Below, one piece after another: positions 47,655 through 57,674 of a stretch of DNA of 64,000 nt. The notes beneath the pieces are model-generated. The model was not told where the DNA came from. It made no database searches and saw only the letters and a program-made list of their open reading frames with translations. Location: positions 32,001-96,000 of the IMG/VR virus record IMGVR_UViG_3300042731_009106. One strand, 5' to 3'. Positions within the stretch are counted from its first letter, which is position 1; the number at the start of each line of letters is the position of its first letter. The DNA is from a virus. Both the position numbers and the translations under genes were made by a program.

Positions 47655-48732
47655 ATCAGCCTTATCTGCAAGTAGGATAAAGACCCTACAAATGTGCTCT
47701 TGGAAATATTGGGGCAATTACAAATTAAAACTTCCTGATAAATCTAACGATGGTGCTAGTCGAGGTTGGATATGTCACTTAATATTTGAATTACTTGGTG
47801 AAGAAAGACATAGACATCATTACGACAAGATCATAACCAAAGGCTCAATTTTTGCTAGTAAAGCCATATCTAAATTAGTTTTGTACCATGCTAGAAAACT
47901 CAATGTCGATGATGATGAAAATTTACAACTGATAGACGACATGACAGTCAACGGGTTGCATTATGATTTTTTTGGCGGAGATGACTACAATCCTACTGAG
48001 GCTATATCTGAAGAAGCTTTTGACATTGAAGTTGAAACAGAAGACTTTTCTTATCGGATTAAAGGTTTTATTGATAAGTTATTTTTATATGAAGATCAAT
48101 CCTATGCTTTAATTAGGGACTTTAAAAGTAGCAAGCAAGTTTTTAAAGGTAAAGAAATTACCGACAATCTACAAGACTTAATGTATTCTTTGGCCGTTAA
48201 ACACCTATACCCAAAGTATAAAAAAAGAGAAAGTGAATTTTTATTTTTAAAATTTAATTTAAATAAAGATCTACTGGGTCAATCTGGTAACGGTGTATTA
48301 AAAATGGAACCGCTAACTGATGCGGAACTGGTTGGCTTTCAATACGAATTAACTGAAATACAAAACATTATAGATAATTTTGATGAAGAGCAAGCTCATT
48401 CGAATTTCGCTGGTGCTCAACCCTACCCTTCTGATGGTACGTTTGGAGGGCCCTTGGCATGCGGTAAGGATGGTTATAAAATGAGCAGAGGTCAACCCGT
48501 ACTTGACAAAAATGGCGAACCGATACCCGCTTTTATATGCTCTTTCCGAAAGCCATTTAAATATTACGCACTCAAAAGCGAATCAGGTAAAATTATTAAA
48601 ACAGTCTTTGAAGAAGACTTAAAAACCTTAGAAGATTTAAAATCCGGAGACCAAACTATTGAACTACTTGAATACAAGGGCTGTCCTTATTGGACGCCCT
48701 CAGAATCAGAACATGTAGACTTATTCGATTAA
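47641..48732 (+). CDS. Cas4/RecB-like PD-(D/E)XK exonuclease
   Basis: LSASRIKT...C.WKYW, KGFIDKL, IRDFKSSK, Q.LMYSLA; three C-terminal Cys. Confidence 0.85.
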   Translation: MKKHESALSASRIKTLQMCSWKYWGNYKLKLPDKSNDGASRGWICHLIFELLGEERHRHHYDKIITKGSIFASKAISKLVLYHARKLNVDDDENLQLIDDMTVNGLHYDFFGGDDYNPTEAISEEAFDIEVETEDFSYRIKGFIDKLFLYEDQSYALIRDFKSSKQVFKGKEITDNLQDLMYSLAVKHLYPKYKKRESEFLFLKFNLNKDLLGQSGNGVLKMEPLTDAELVGFQYELTEIQNIIDNFDEEQAHSNFAGAQPYPSDGTFGGPLACGKDGYKMSRGQPVLDKNGEPIPAFICSFRKPFKYYALKSESGKIIKTVFEEDLKTLEDLKSGDQTIELLEYKGCPYWTPSESEHVDLFD

Positions 48733-48735
48733 AAA

Positions 48736-48741
48736 GTGTAA
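48736..48741 (+). promoter_or_regulatory. GTGTAW motif
   Basis: GTGTAA 9 nt before ATG 48751. Confidence 0.6.
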
Positions 48742-48750
48742 TACATTATT

Positions 48751-49746
48751 ATGGTATTCCCTTTTTTAATAATGTTCTCAGCCATTACTTTGGCTGTAGT
48801 TGCTGCATATTTCAGCATAATTGGATTAACTACGATATTTCCCGGTGTTTTCTGGGCTATTGTAATCATGGGAGGCGCTCTAGAAATAGGTAAATTGATT
48901 ACAGCCGTATGGCTACATCGTAACTGGAAAGATGCTAAAAGGTTTCTCAAGTTTTACTTAACTTCCGCTGTATTAATATTGTCAGGTATTACTAGCATGG
49001 GTATCTTTGGTTTCTTGAGTAAGTCTCACATTGAGCAAGAGTCAGGTTCTTATCAGATCACTTCTCAAATAACTCTTCTGGATAAAAAAATGGAATCTAT
49101 AGATTCAAAGAAATCATCTTTAGATTTACAGAAAAAAACTAACGAGCAACTAAAAGCGGATGATTATAAATCTATAGAAAGACTTAATGCTAGATTGTCT
49201 GACCTTGATAACATCATCTCTCAAATTAGGGATCGAGGAGGGTTTTCTGTGAGTAGTAAAATTGAAAAAGAACAACAAAATCAATCTGCCGAACGCTCAA
49301 AGATAGAATCGCAGAAAGAATCAATACAAACACGTCTCGAAGAGTATAGAGTTAAGCTTGAAGAAAAAATATTCCCTTCTCTAGAAGAGCTTGAAGAACA
49401 ATCCCTATCTATTAACTTAGAGAAAGGTAAACTAGAATCCCAATTAAAGACTTTAGAGGCTGAAATTGGTCCAGTAAAATATATAGCTGAACTCGTTTCT
49501 GACTTTGGCGGGCCAGAGGTAGATGCTCAATCAGCCGTGAGGATGGTTATTCTTATTCTGATCTTTGTCTTTGACCCTCTAGCAATTCTGTTAGTTGTAG
49601 CTGCAGCTGCTAGTTTTAAGGATGCTCGTGGAGATGCTTTACCAAAGGATATGTTGGCTTTGAGAGAAAAGCTTATTATCGAACTCGAAATGCATATCGC
49701 TGACGGTAAACCTGTAGATACTTTTATAGAAAAATATAAATTCTAA
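48751..49746 (+). CDS. Membrane protein with long coiled coil (DUF4407-like architecture)
   Basis: Three N-terminal TM helices (YFSI.GL, LE.GKL, SMGIFGFLSKSH), coiled coil, GP.KYIA, IFVFDPLAI. Confidence 0.75.
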   Translation: MVFPFLIMFSAITLAVVAAYFSIIGLTTIFPGVFWAIVIMGGALEIGKLITAVWLHRNWKDAKRFLKFYLTSAVLILSGITSMGIFGFLSKSHIEQESGSYQITSQITLLDKKMESIDSKKSSLDLQKKTNEQLKADDYKSIERLNARLSDLDNIISQIRDRGGFSVSSKIEKEQQNQSAERSKIESQKESIQTRLEEYRVKLEEKIFPSLEELEEQSLSINLEKGKLESQLKTLEAEIGPVKYIAELVSDFGGPEVDAQSAVRMVILILIFVFDPLAILLVVAAAASFKDARGDALPKDMLALREKLIIELEMHIADGKPVDTFIEKYKF

Positions 49747-49747
49747 C

Positions 49748-49776
49748 TTGACTTATTCCTATTATAATGCTATCAT
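49748..49776 (+). promoter_or_regulatory. sigma70-type promoter for the polymerase operon (leaderless-type spacing)
   Basis: TTGACT-17 nt-TATCAT, 6 nt before ATG 49783. Confidence 0.7.
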
Positions 49777-49782
49777 GTAAAG

Positions 49783-50532
49783 ATGATCGCATTATTCAAG
49801 AGTCACTACTCTATAGGTAAATCAATTCTGACCCTAGACCACCCAGATAAAGTTAAGGAAGGTGGTTCAGATAGTATATTTAATATAACCCAAGGAGCCA
49901 ACCAAGTTGTTTTAGTAGAAGATAGCTTGGTTGGTTTTTTGCAAGCCCAAAAAACTGCTGAGTCGTTGGGTGTTCAATTGATCTTTGGTTTAAAAATGAA
50001 CTGCTCCCATGAAGCCGTTGATGATGATGGTCAATATTGCTCGCATAAGATCATCATCTTCGCTAAGAATGATAAAGGTTGCAAGCTATTAAATTCCATA
50101 TACTCAGATGCATTTTGCAACAACGAAGGGACATTAATTCTCTCAAAACTAAAAAACATGTGGGACGAAGATGCTCTTTCTATGGCTGTGCCTTTTTACG
50201 ATTCATTCATATTTATGAATAGTATGCATTTTTGTAACTGCATACCAGATTTTAGTTATTGCAAACCAACTTTTTTCATTGAAAGCAATGATTTACCTTT
50301 TGATGATTTCATTAAAAACAAAGTTATCGACTACTGTAAAACATTTAATTATGACCATGAAATGACCAAGTCTATTTATTACAAGAACCGCTCTGACTTT
50401 GAGGCTTACCAAACCTACAAATGTATTTGTAGTAAAAAATTCAAACAAAGAACTTTAGCAGTTCCAAATTTCGATCACTTAGGTAGTCCAGAATTTTGCT
50501 ACGAAAGTTTTCTAGAACATCAAAATAATTAA
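49783..50532 (+). CDS. Stand-alone PHP domain of Pol III alpha (metal ligands degenerate)
   Basis: FKSHYSIGKSIL, G..LIFGL, IIFAKNDKG.KLL..IYS. Confidence 0.85.
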   Translation: MIALFKSHYSIGKSILTLDHPDKVKEGGSDSIFNITQGANQVVLVEDSLVGFLQAQKTAESLGVQLIFGLKMNCSHEAVDDDGQYCSHKIIIFAKNDKGCKLLNSIYSDAFCNNEGTLILSKLKNMWDEDALSMAVPFYDSFIFMNSMHFCNCIPDFSYCKPTFFIESNDLPFDDFIKNKVIDYCKTFNYDHEMTKSIYYKNRSDFEAYQTYKCICSKKFKQRTLAVPNFDHLGSPEFCYESFLEHQNN

Positions 50533-50534
50533 TC

Positions 50535-50711
50535 ATGAATAAAAAAACAGCCATCAAAATAAAAAGAGCAATGAACTATTCTGATACTGCAGAACAAAAA
50601 AGAGTTTACAATGCCATCAAAAAACAGTATAATGGTCTCTCTGCTAAAGAAAAGAATCAATTAATTATAGACTTAGAAAAAACTTTTAATAATGAACGAG
50701 AATCTTCTTAG
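50535..50711 (+). CDS. 58-aa basic protein inside the polymerase operon (below ORF-track cutoff)
   Basis: MNKKTAIKIKRAMNYSDTAEQKRVYNAIKKQYNGLSAKEKNQLIIDLEKTFNNERESS; fills the gap exactly and overlaps the next ATG. Confidence 0.7.
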   Translation: MNKKTAIKIKRAMNYSDTAEQKRVYNAIKKQYNGLSAKEKNQLIIDLEKTFNNERESS

Positions 50712-51333
50712 ATTTAACAAAAAACAAAAATATATATTTTTCGATTTTGAAACTTGCTGCCTAAACCTAGGTTCTCTCGACAATAAGCCTTGGCAATTAG
50801 GTTTTATTGTAATTGAGAATGGTAGAGTTGTTAAGAAAAAAGACTATTGGATACAATGGCCTGACTTAAAAATGACAGCAGCAGCAGCTAAAATGACAGG
50901 GTGGACAAAAGCAAAATACGACAAGAAAGCTACAGATGCAAAATCTATCCTTGCCGAATTTGAACATTACCTATACAATAAAGATTATATAAATGTTGGC
51001 CACAACATTCTTGGTTTTGATATTTATGTTCATGGTATATACAGAAGGTGCTTGGGCCTTAAACCTGATTATTCTTATGTTTATAGATCTATTGATACCT
51101 TGTGTTTAGCTAAAGCTATTAAAAATGACATAAAATTTGATAGAGATGATAATCTTTTTAGCTGGCAATACAGACTCAACAACATGATTGACAGAAAGTC
51201 TAAGAAAAAATTAATAGATTTATGCAAAGATTATGATATTAAAATTGATGAAAACAAATTGCATGATGCAATGTACGACATCGAACAAAATTACGAAGTA
51301 TTTAAAAAAATGTTATGGGAGGTAAATATATAA
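50692..51333 (+). CDS. dnaQ: DnaQ-like DEDDh 3'-5' exonuclease
   Basis: FFDFET (ExoI), GHNILGFD (ExoII), LHDAMYD (ExoIII). Confidence 0.88.
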   Translation: MNENLLRFNKKQKYIFFDFETCCLNLGSLDNKPWQLGFIVIENGRVVKKKDYWIQWPDLKMTAAAAKMTGWTKAKYDKKATDAKSILAEFEHYLYNKDYINVGHNILGFDIYVHGIYRRCLGLKPDYSYVYRSIDTLCLAKAIKNDIKFDRDDNLFSWQYRLNNMIDRKSKKKLIDLCKDYDIKIDENKLHDAMYDIEQNYEVFKKMLWEVNI

Positions 51334-53897
51334 TGAAATCATCTTTCCTTGACAGTTTTACTAAGTATGATGACTATGCTCCAGCTGGAGTTTTACTTCC
51401 AGAAATTGAAGTAGAAAACAAATATTACAGTCAACTTTCTATTGATTCCAATAGCTCTAATTACGATTTCCTCAGAGCTTTATGCATGCAAGGAGTCAAA
51501 GCTAAAGGTATAGATAAGCTACCAAACAAAAAAGAATATTATTCTCGCACCAAAATGGAGCTAGAAATATTTAAAGATTTAGGATTTGTTGATTATATTT
51601 TATTGAATTGGGATATATTAAAATATTGCCATGAAAATGATATACCTACAGGCCCCGGTCGTGGTTCGGCTGCAGGTTCTTTAGTTTTGTTTTTAATTGA
51701 TGTCACAAAAGTAGACCCAATCAAATATGATTTATTCTTTGAGAGATTTGTTTCTAAGAGTCGAGCCAGAAAAATTGAAAAAAATGGCACCACATATTTA
51801 GACGGAAGTTTATTGGCTGACGTAGATAATGATATAGCTTATGAGCACAGGCAAAAAGTTATCGACTATATCGAACAAAAACACCCCGGTCGTACCGCCA
51901 ACATTCTCACTCTTAACACTTTAAGTGGTAAGCTATGCATTAAAGAATGCGGTAAAATCGTTGGGGAGTATTCTGAGCAAGACGTGAATTTAGTCAGCTC
52001 CTACATACCTAAAAAATTCGGCAAAGTAGCGCCGCTAGATACAGCTATCGAGGAAAGTCAAAAGTTTGCCGATTGGGTAAATGATAATGAGCGAGTTTTT
52101 AAAATTGCTAGGCAATTAGAAAGCTTAAACAAAAACACAGGTGTTCACCCATCAGGTATAGCAATCTCTCACTCAAAAATTTCAGACATTTGCCCAATCC
52201 AAAAAACAAATGATGGATCTTTTGTTACAGGTTATGACATGAATTGGGTTTCAGAATTGATGGTTAAGTTTGATATTTTAGGCTTAAGAACATTGAGTGT
52301 TATTTATGATGTATGCAATTCTATAAATATGGATGTGTATGATATTGATCTAGATGATCCATCTTTATATTCTGCTTTTGAAAATCTAGATAACCCTCAT
52401 GGATTATTTCAAATTGAAGCGGATACTAATTTTAGAGTATGCAAGAAAATTAAGCCACGCAGCTTAGAGGAGTTAAGTGCTGTTGTCGCAATAGCTAGAC
52501 CCGGAGCTCTTGAGTTTGCGGATCGCTATGCAGATTATGTATCTACAGGAGAATCTCAAAGTGTTCATGAATTCTTTGACGATGTTCTTTCTTATACAGG
52601 TGGTATACCATTATATCAAGAGCAACTTATGAAGATGGCTGTAAAAGTTGGATTCACTCTAGATGAATCAGAACAACTTCGCAGAATTGTAGGCAAGAAG
52701 AAGGTTGATCAAATGCCAGCATGGCAAAAAAAGATAGAAGACACAATTGAAAAAAACGAATTACCAACTGAAGTTGGAGACATCTTATGGAGTGTTGCAG
52801 AAGATAGTGCCAACTATTCTTTCAACAAGTCTCACTCTATATCATATGCAACCTTAGCTGCATGGACTACTTATTTAAAGTTCAAACATCCCAAACAATT
52901 CTTCTTAAGCTTGCTTAAGATGTCTCAATTTGAACCAAATCCACAAGATGAAATATCAAAAATAAGCAGAGAACTACCCTTCTTTGATATAACTCTCTTG
53001 CCCCCTAACTTAATTAAATCTAAATTTGATTTTGTTATTGATAAAAATAACATTCGCTTTGGTTTAAATAGCATCAAAGGAGTAAGCGAAAAAAGTTTAA
53101 AGTCTTTAGAGGAATTCAGAGATACAGAAAACTCAAACAAATACGATGTATTTCTATCAGCGAAGCAAGCAGGCTTAAACATAGGAGTCTTATCGGCCCT
53201 CATACAAGCTGGGGCATTGAGTGAAGACGAAGAACTTAGCAGGCCAAGACTAGTCCTAGAAGCTCAAGCCTTCAATCTTCTAACTGACAGAGAAAAACGA
53301 AACTTTATTGCCCTTGGTTCTAAATACAACTATGACATATTGAATTCTATTCATGCTGCTAAGACTGAGTCTCTAGTTGCTGATGACAACAAGCCAGTAA
53401 TGAAAGAGTCTCGATTCACTACCTTTAAAAAGAAGTATGATAAGTACAAAGAAATATATGAGCAAAATGTTAAATACGAAAACTTTGCTAATTGGTATTT
53501 TGAAAAAAAATTACTTGGGTATAGCTACTCTCACAAGCTAAAAGAAGTATTTAAGAACGAGAGAAATTCATTAAAAGATTCTTTATATTACCGCTCAATG
53601 GAGAACAATGATAAAGCTAAGTTCATTGGCGTGGTAGAGGACTCATTCAAAAGCACTAGCGCTAATGGCAACAAGTATATTAAAATTCTTTTAAGTGACG
53701 AATTAGGCAACATACCAGCAATCATGGTAGATTCACGCAGGCAAGCTACATGCACTCAATATTTAGAAAAAAGCAAAGCTCCAGACAAAGACAATATCGT
53801 TGTCCTTACAGGAAGAAAAGGTGATGATATTTTGTTTATTGATGATCTTTCTATTGTTGACGAAAAAATATGCATGAAGTTAGCAGACTTAAAATAA
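51333..53897 (+). CDS. dnaE: DNA polymerase III alpha catalytic subunit lacking the N-terminal PHP
   Basis: GPGRGSAAGSLV.F...VT.VDP, LFFERF, ADVDND, GVHPSG, KFDILGL.TL, YSFNKSH, HhH and OB regions; TAATG coupling with dnaQ. Confidence 0.95.
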   Translation: MKSSFLDSFTKYDDYAPAGVLLPEIEVENKYYSQLSIDSNSSNYDFLRALCMQGVKAKGIDKLPNKKEYYSRTKMELEIFKDLGFVDYILLNWDILKYCHENDIPTGPGRGSAAGSLVLFLIDVTKVDPIKYDLFFERFVSKSRARKIEKNGTTYLDGSLLADVDNDIAYEHRQKVIDYIEQKHPGRTANILTLNTLSGKLCIKECGKIVGEYSEQDVNLVSSYIPKKFGKVAPLDTAIEESQKFADWVNDNERVFKIARQLESLNKNTGVHPSGIAISHSKISDICPIQKTNDGSFVTGYDMNWVSELMVKFDILGLRTLSVIYDVCNSINMDVYDIDLDDPSLYSAFENLDNPHGLFQIEADTNFRVCKKIKPRSLEELSAVVAIARPGALEFADRYADYVSTGESQSVHEFFDDVLSYTGGIPLYQEQLMKMAVKVGFTLDESEQLRRIVGKKKVDQMPAWQKKIEDTIEKNELPTEVGDILWSVAEDSANYSFNKSHSISYATLAAWTTYLKFKHPKQFFLSLLKMSQFEPNPQDEISKISRELPFFDITLLPPNLIKSKFDFVIDKNNIRFGLNSIKGVSEKSLKSLEEFRDTENSNKYDVFLSAKQAGLNIGVLSALIQAGALSEDEELSRPRLVLEAQAFNLLTDREKRNFIALGSKYNYDILNSIHAAKTESLVADDNKPVMKESRFTTFKKKYDKYKEIYEQNVKYENFANWYFEKKLLGYSYSHKLKEVFKNERNSLKDSLYYRSMENNDKAKFIGVVEDSFKSTSANGNKYIKILLSDELGNIPAIMVDSRRQATCTQYLEKSKAPDKDNIVVLTGRKGDDILFIDDLSIVDEKICMKLADLK

Positions 53898-53903
53898 GTG
53901 TAT
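53898..53903 (+). promoter_or_regulatory. GTGTAW motif
   Basis: GTGTAT 12 nt before ATG 53916. Confidence 0.55.
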
Positions 53904-53915
53904 ATATTTTTGTAG

Positions 53916-56309
53916 ATGCAAGCCAACTTCACTCCTAGATGTCAAGAAATTTTAGCTTTAGCTAAAAAGCTAGCCGAAAAGTTCAACAACCCAGAAGTTA
54001 CCGTTGAGCATGTCTTTCTTTCTTTTTTAAAGATTGACTCTTTTTTATTTCCACGTATAGAGCAAGAGATACAAATTGATCTTGAAGCTTTAGTTCAGTC
54101 CGTCGTCGAATCTCTCGCCAACAAATCCCAAGAAAATATAGAAAAAGTTAGCTTCGGTGAAGATGTAAAGCAATGCCTAGACTTAGCCTACCAAACATCT
54201 AACTCCAAAAGCCATACTTACATTAGTGTCGAGCACTTGTTTTTTGCATTACTAAATGAGCCAAACTCTAATATTATAGATTATTTCATTGCGCATGACA
54301 TAGATATTTTAAAGGTAGATGATTTCTTACAAGATTACTTAGAGAACAGTCAGTCAAGAGACAATATAACATTTACTTATAGTAATGAAAATCCTATGTC
54401 AGCTTTTGGATCGCAGTCTCAAGGTATAGAGGCTTATAGTGTTGACTTAAATAAGTTAGCTAAAGAAGGTGAATTCAACTTTATATCCGCAAACATGGAT
54501 TATGTCCATGCTTTAGAAGAAACCTTATGCCGTAAAACAAAATCATGCGCCTTACTTATTGGTGATCCGGGTATTGGTAAAACTGCCATTGTGGAATACT
54601 TGGCAAAAAGAATTACAAGTATGACCACCAATGACTATTTATCTAATAAAAAAATTCTAGCGGTAGACCTTCCCTCTATGGTTGCTGGAACAAAATATAG
54701 AGGTCAATTTGAAGAAAGATTAAAAACTTTTATAGATGCAGTAAAACAAGAAAAAAACATTATTCTTTTTATAGATGAAATACATACTATAGTTGGTGCT
54801 GGTAATTCTGAGGGAGCTTTAGATGCGGCTAACATCCTAAAACCTTATATTGCACGTGGAGAATTAACTTGCATCGGGGCAACAACTTATGAAGAATACA
54901 AAAAGTCTTTTGCCAAAGACCCTGCTCTTAGACGTAGGTTTAATAATATAAAAATTTCAGAACCTTCAGAAGGAGAAGCTTTAGTTATCTTAAAAAACTT
55001 AGCGCCAAGTTATGAAGCTTTTCATGGTGTCACCTATTCTGAAGATAGCTTAAATCAAGCCATTGTTTTATCTAAAAAATTTATTATAGATAGAAAGTTG
55101 CCTGATAAAGCTATTGATTTATTAGATCAAGCTGGCTCAAAATTAAAGATCAGTCATTTTCAAAAGCCTAAAATGGCAAAGCAAATGGAAAAAGTTTTAA
55201 TTGCTGAAGATGTAGAAACTTCAATAAAAGAGAACGTATTCAAAACATACAAAGAAACTTTAGATAAATGGCAAAAAAGAAAACTATCTAAAATGCCGAC
55301 AGTTCAATCAAATCATATTAATGAAATTATATCTGATATGTTTGACATCCCTATTGAATCCCTAAAAGAGACTAAGTCTCAAAAATTAATACAGCTTGAA
55401 CCCAGAATTCAAAAAGATGTTATTGGTCAAGATAGAGCCATCTCTAGATTAGTTAACAGTTTATTTAAAACTCATGCAGGCCTACAAGATCCTAATAGAC
55501 CTATTGGTAGTTTTTTGTTTTTAGGTAAAACTGGCACAGGTAAAACTCTTACTTCTAAATCTTTAGCTAAACATTATTTCGGTTCAGATAAAAAATTAAT
55601 TTATTTTGACATGAGTGAGTTTAGTGAATCTACATCTGTTAGTAAATTTTCTGGTTCTTCACCCGGTTACGTTGGCTACGAAAAAGGCGGCATACTAACC
55701 GAGAAAGTTAAAAGAGATCCACATTGTGTTCTACTTTTTGATGAGATTGAAAAAGCTCACCCAATAGTACTACAGTCCTTACTTCAAATATTAGAAGAAG
55801 GCAGAATGACAGACAATTCTGGAGAAGAAACATCTTTTAAAAATACTATTATTATTTTAACAAGTAATCTTGGAGCAGAACTAGTAGACAAAAATCCATC
55901 TGTAGGATTCATGAGGCAACAAGAGTCTAATTATGACAAGATTTTTGACGAGGCTAAACGTAGATTAAGTCCTGAACTAGTTAATAGATTTGATGGTATT
56001 ATATTATTCAATAACTTTAGTGATGAAAGTCTATCTCAAATCATTAATATTGAATTAAATAAAGTTAAAAATAAATTAAAATCAAAAGGAATTAAAATAA
56101 CTTTCAAACCGAAAGTTAAGAAACGTATTCTAGATCAAACTATAGCTGAAAAACTTGGTGGCAGACCTATTCGCAGAATTATTCAAAATGATATTGAAGT
56201 TGAGCTTGCTAAATTTATTATAATGAATAACCCAGAAAGTGTAAATATTGATTACATAGACGATCAATTTACCTGCCATGTACCACGCAAGACATCCAAG
56301 AAGACCTAG
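53916..56309 (+). CDS. clpC: ClpA/ClpC-type Hsp100 AAA+ unfoldase
   Basis: Two Clp_N repeats (VEH.F), GDPGIGKT, GTKYRG.FEERL, DEIHT, LPDKAIDL.DQA, GKTGTGKT, GYVG, DEIEKAHP, VGF loop, GGRPIRR. Confidence 0.9.
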   Translation: MQANFTPRCQEILALAKKLAEKFNNPEVTVEHVFLSFLKIDSFLFPRIEQEIQIDLEALVQSVVESLANKSQENIEKVSFGEDVKQCLDLAYQTSNSKSHTYISVEHLFFALLNEPNSNIIDYFIAHDIDILKVDDFLQDYLENSQSRDNITFTYSNENPMSAFGSQSQGIEAYSVDLNKLAKEGEFNFISANMDYVHALEETLCRKTKSCALLIGDPGIGKTAIVEYLAKRITSMTTNDYLSNKKILAVDLPSMVAGTKYRGQFEERLKTFIDAVKQEKNIILFIDEIHTIVGAGNSEGALDAANILKPYIARGELTCIGATTYEEYKKSFAKDPALRRRFNNIKISEPSEGEALVILKNLAPSYEAFHGVTYSEDSLNQAIVLSKKFIIDRKLPDKAIDLLDQAGSKLKISHFQKPKMAKQMEKVLIAEDVETSIKENVFKTYKETLDKWQKRKLSKMPTVQSNHINEIISDMFDIPIESLKETKSQKLIQLEPRIQKDVIGQDRAISRLVNSLFKTHAGLQDPNRPIGSFLFLGKTGTGKTLTSKSLAKHYFGSDKKLIYFDMSEFSESTSVSKFSGSSPGYVGYEKGGILTEKVKRDPHCVLLFDEIEKAHPIVLQSLLQILEEGRMTDNSGEETSFKNTIIILTSNLGAELVDKNPSVGFMRQQESNYDKIFDEAKRRLSPELVNRFDGIILFNNFSDESLSQIINIELNKVKNKLKSKGIKITFKPKVKKRILDQTIAEKLGGRPIRRIIQNDIEVELAKFIIMNNPESVNIDYIDDQFTCHVPRKTSKKT

Positions 56310-57612
56310 TGTAAAATACGGAAACGAATTTCTGTATTCTAGTTTTGATGCAACAGGTTACCACTTTAATAATGAAGTGGCAATAGATAGTGGTTGCGCT
56401 CTAAGGAACATCCCTTGGACAGATTGTTCTGGCAACTTAGTTCGGCAAATACATAGAATTCAATCTGCTACATACGGTTTTACTGTCAGCAAAAAAGATG
56501 TAAACCAATTTGGTAAAATGGCTAGAGTAGATTCTGTAGCTATTGATACACCTACTGTAACAATGGATTTTGAATATTTTCTAGCTGATGGATTCAATGA
56601 GCAAGTAATGGGTTTCATTGTTGATGGAGAACATCAAGCTTTATACAACCATATAGCTATGAACAATAGAGTTGGTTGTAATATTTTTGTTGCAACTATG
56701 CCAGAAGGCCATGAAGTTGTCGGCGCGAACCTTAAGAACACATCTCAAGTCAAACAGATTAGATCTTCATATGAAGGAGCCAAGGATACTGCTAGAGTAG
56801 TAGGCATAGGTAATGCCTTCTTAAATCAATATGCAGTAACTGTAGAAGTGGGTAATATCCCAAAGGCTAGAATGAGCTTTGACGCATATAATATGCGATC
56901 TTATGAAGGTTTTTGCGATCTCCCTATACCAGCAATCAACCCTAAAGCTGCTTGCATTAAAGACAACGTTCACTTTAGTTTGCCAGACACTTATGAATCA
57001 TTTGTATATGAACAATTGGCGGGTCAAGACGAAATTGTATATCAAGATGGAGCTGGAGCATTGAAGCCGGGAAATATACGTTTAACTCTAGGTGATGCAG
57101 CTATTATGAGCCAATTAGGTAGTGACCTAGCCTCCTTCCACAGAGGGGCGGCACATATACAAGGTTTTACAATAAATGTTCCTTTAGGTAATACCCGCTT
57201 AAATAGAATAGGTAGTTATTATGAATTTGCTAGATCTATAGATTTTCCAAGTCTCATTGAAGTTGAAGTTCAAGCCATCATTAGCGAACTCAAAGATGAT
57301 AGTTCAGTAAAGGAGTTGTTTTATTGTCCAACAGAAAGACATGACCTCGTTCTATTACTTGAAGACTGTCAAGGTATACAAGAATGCGACTATAGATTGC
57401 TTCCAGTTAGTACCAACATGGCTTTTTATATTAAAGGAGCGATGATTCAAGAAGAGTCAATAACTTCTAATATTACCGATAATAAAGTAGTGAGCCTTAA
57501 ATTTACAGCTCCTTTAGGAGGTTTGGACGACAAAGGTAATGGCTTATTTATTTTTGGCAAAAGTTATTTCCCTGATAAACCTAAAATTCTAGCTTGGGGT
57601 CAACCTTTGTAA
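56278..57612 (+). CDS. Putative major tail/tube-like structural protein
   Basis: V.Y..E.LY, HRIQSA.YGF......VNQFG..AR.D......PTV..DF.Y.L.DG.NE..MGF; resembles structural proteins of large aquatic phages (from recall). Confidence 0.55.
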   Translation: MYHARHPRRPSVKYGNEFLYSSFDATGYHFNNEVAIDSGCALRNIPWTDCSGNLVRQIHRIQSATYGFTVSKKDVNQFGKMARVDSVAIDTPTVTMDFEYFLADGFNEQVMGFIVDGEHQALYNHIAMNNRVGCNIFVATMPEGHEVVGANLKNTSQVKQIRSSYEGAKDTARVVGIGNAFLNQYAVTVEVGNIPKARMSFDAYNMRSYEGFCDLPIPAINPKAACIKDNVHFSLPDTYESFVYEQLAGQDEIVYQDGAGALKPGNIRLTLGDAAIMSQLGSDLASFHRGAAHIQGFTINVPLGNTRLNRIGSYYEFARSIDFPSLIEVEVQAIISELKDDSSVKELFYCPTERHDLVLLLEDCQGIQECDYRLLPVSTNMAFYIKGAMIQEESITSNITDNKVVSLKFTAPLGGLDDKGNGLFIFGKSYFPDKPKILAWGQPL

Positions 57613-57674
57613 TTTTTTTCTTTACATCCATTCACTTTTGTTGTAATATATATAAGTTCTTTGATAAATTTTAT

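Noticed and set aside
1-53897. Inteins or introns in nrdA, nrdB, recA, dnaB, dnaE
   Set aside because: Lengths are ordinary and motifs contiguous; no splice motifs or homing-endonuclease inserts were recognised
56309-56314. GTGTAA at 56309 and GTGTAT at 62593 as promoters
   Set aside because: Both are inside coding sequence with no in-frame start codon 8-12 nt downstream
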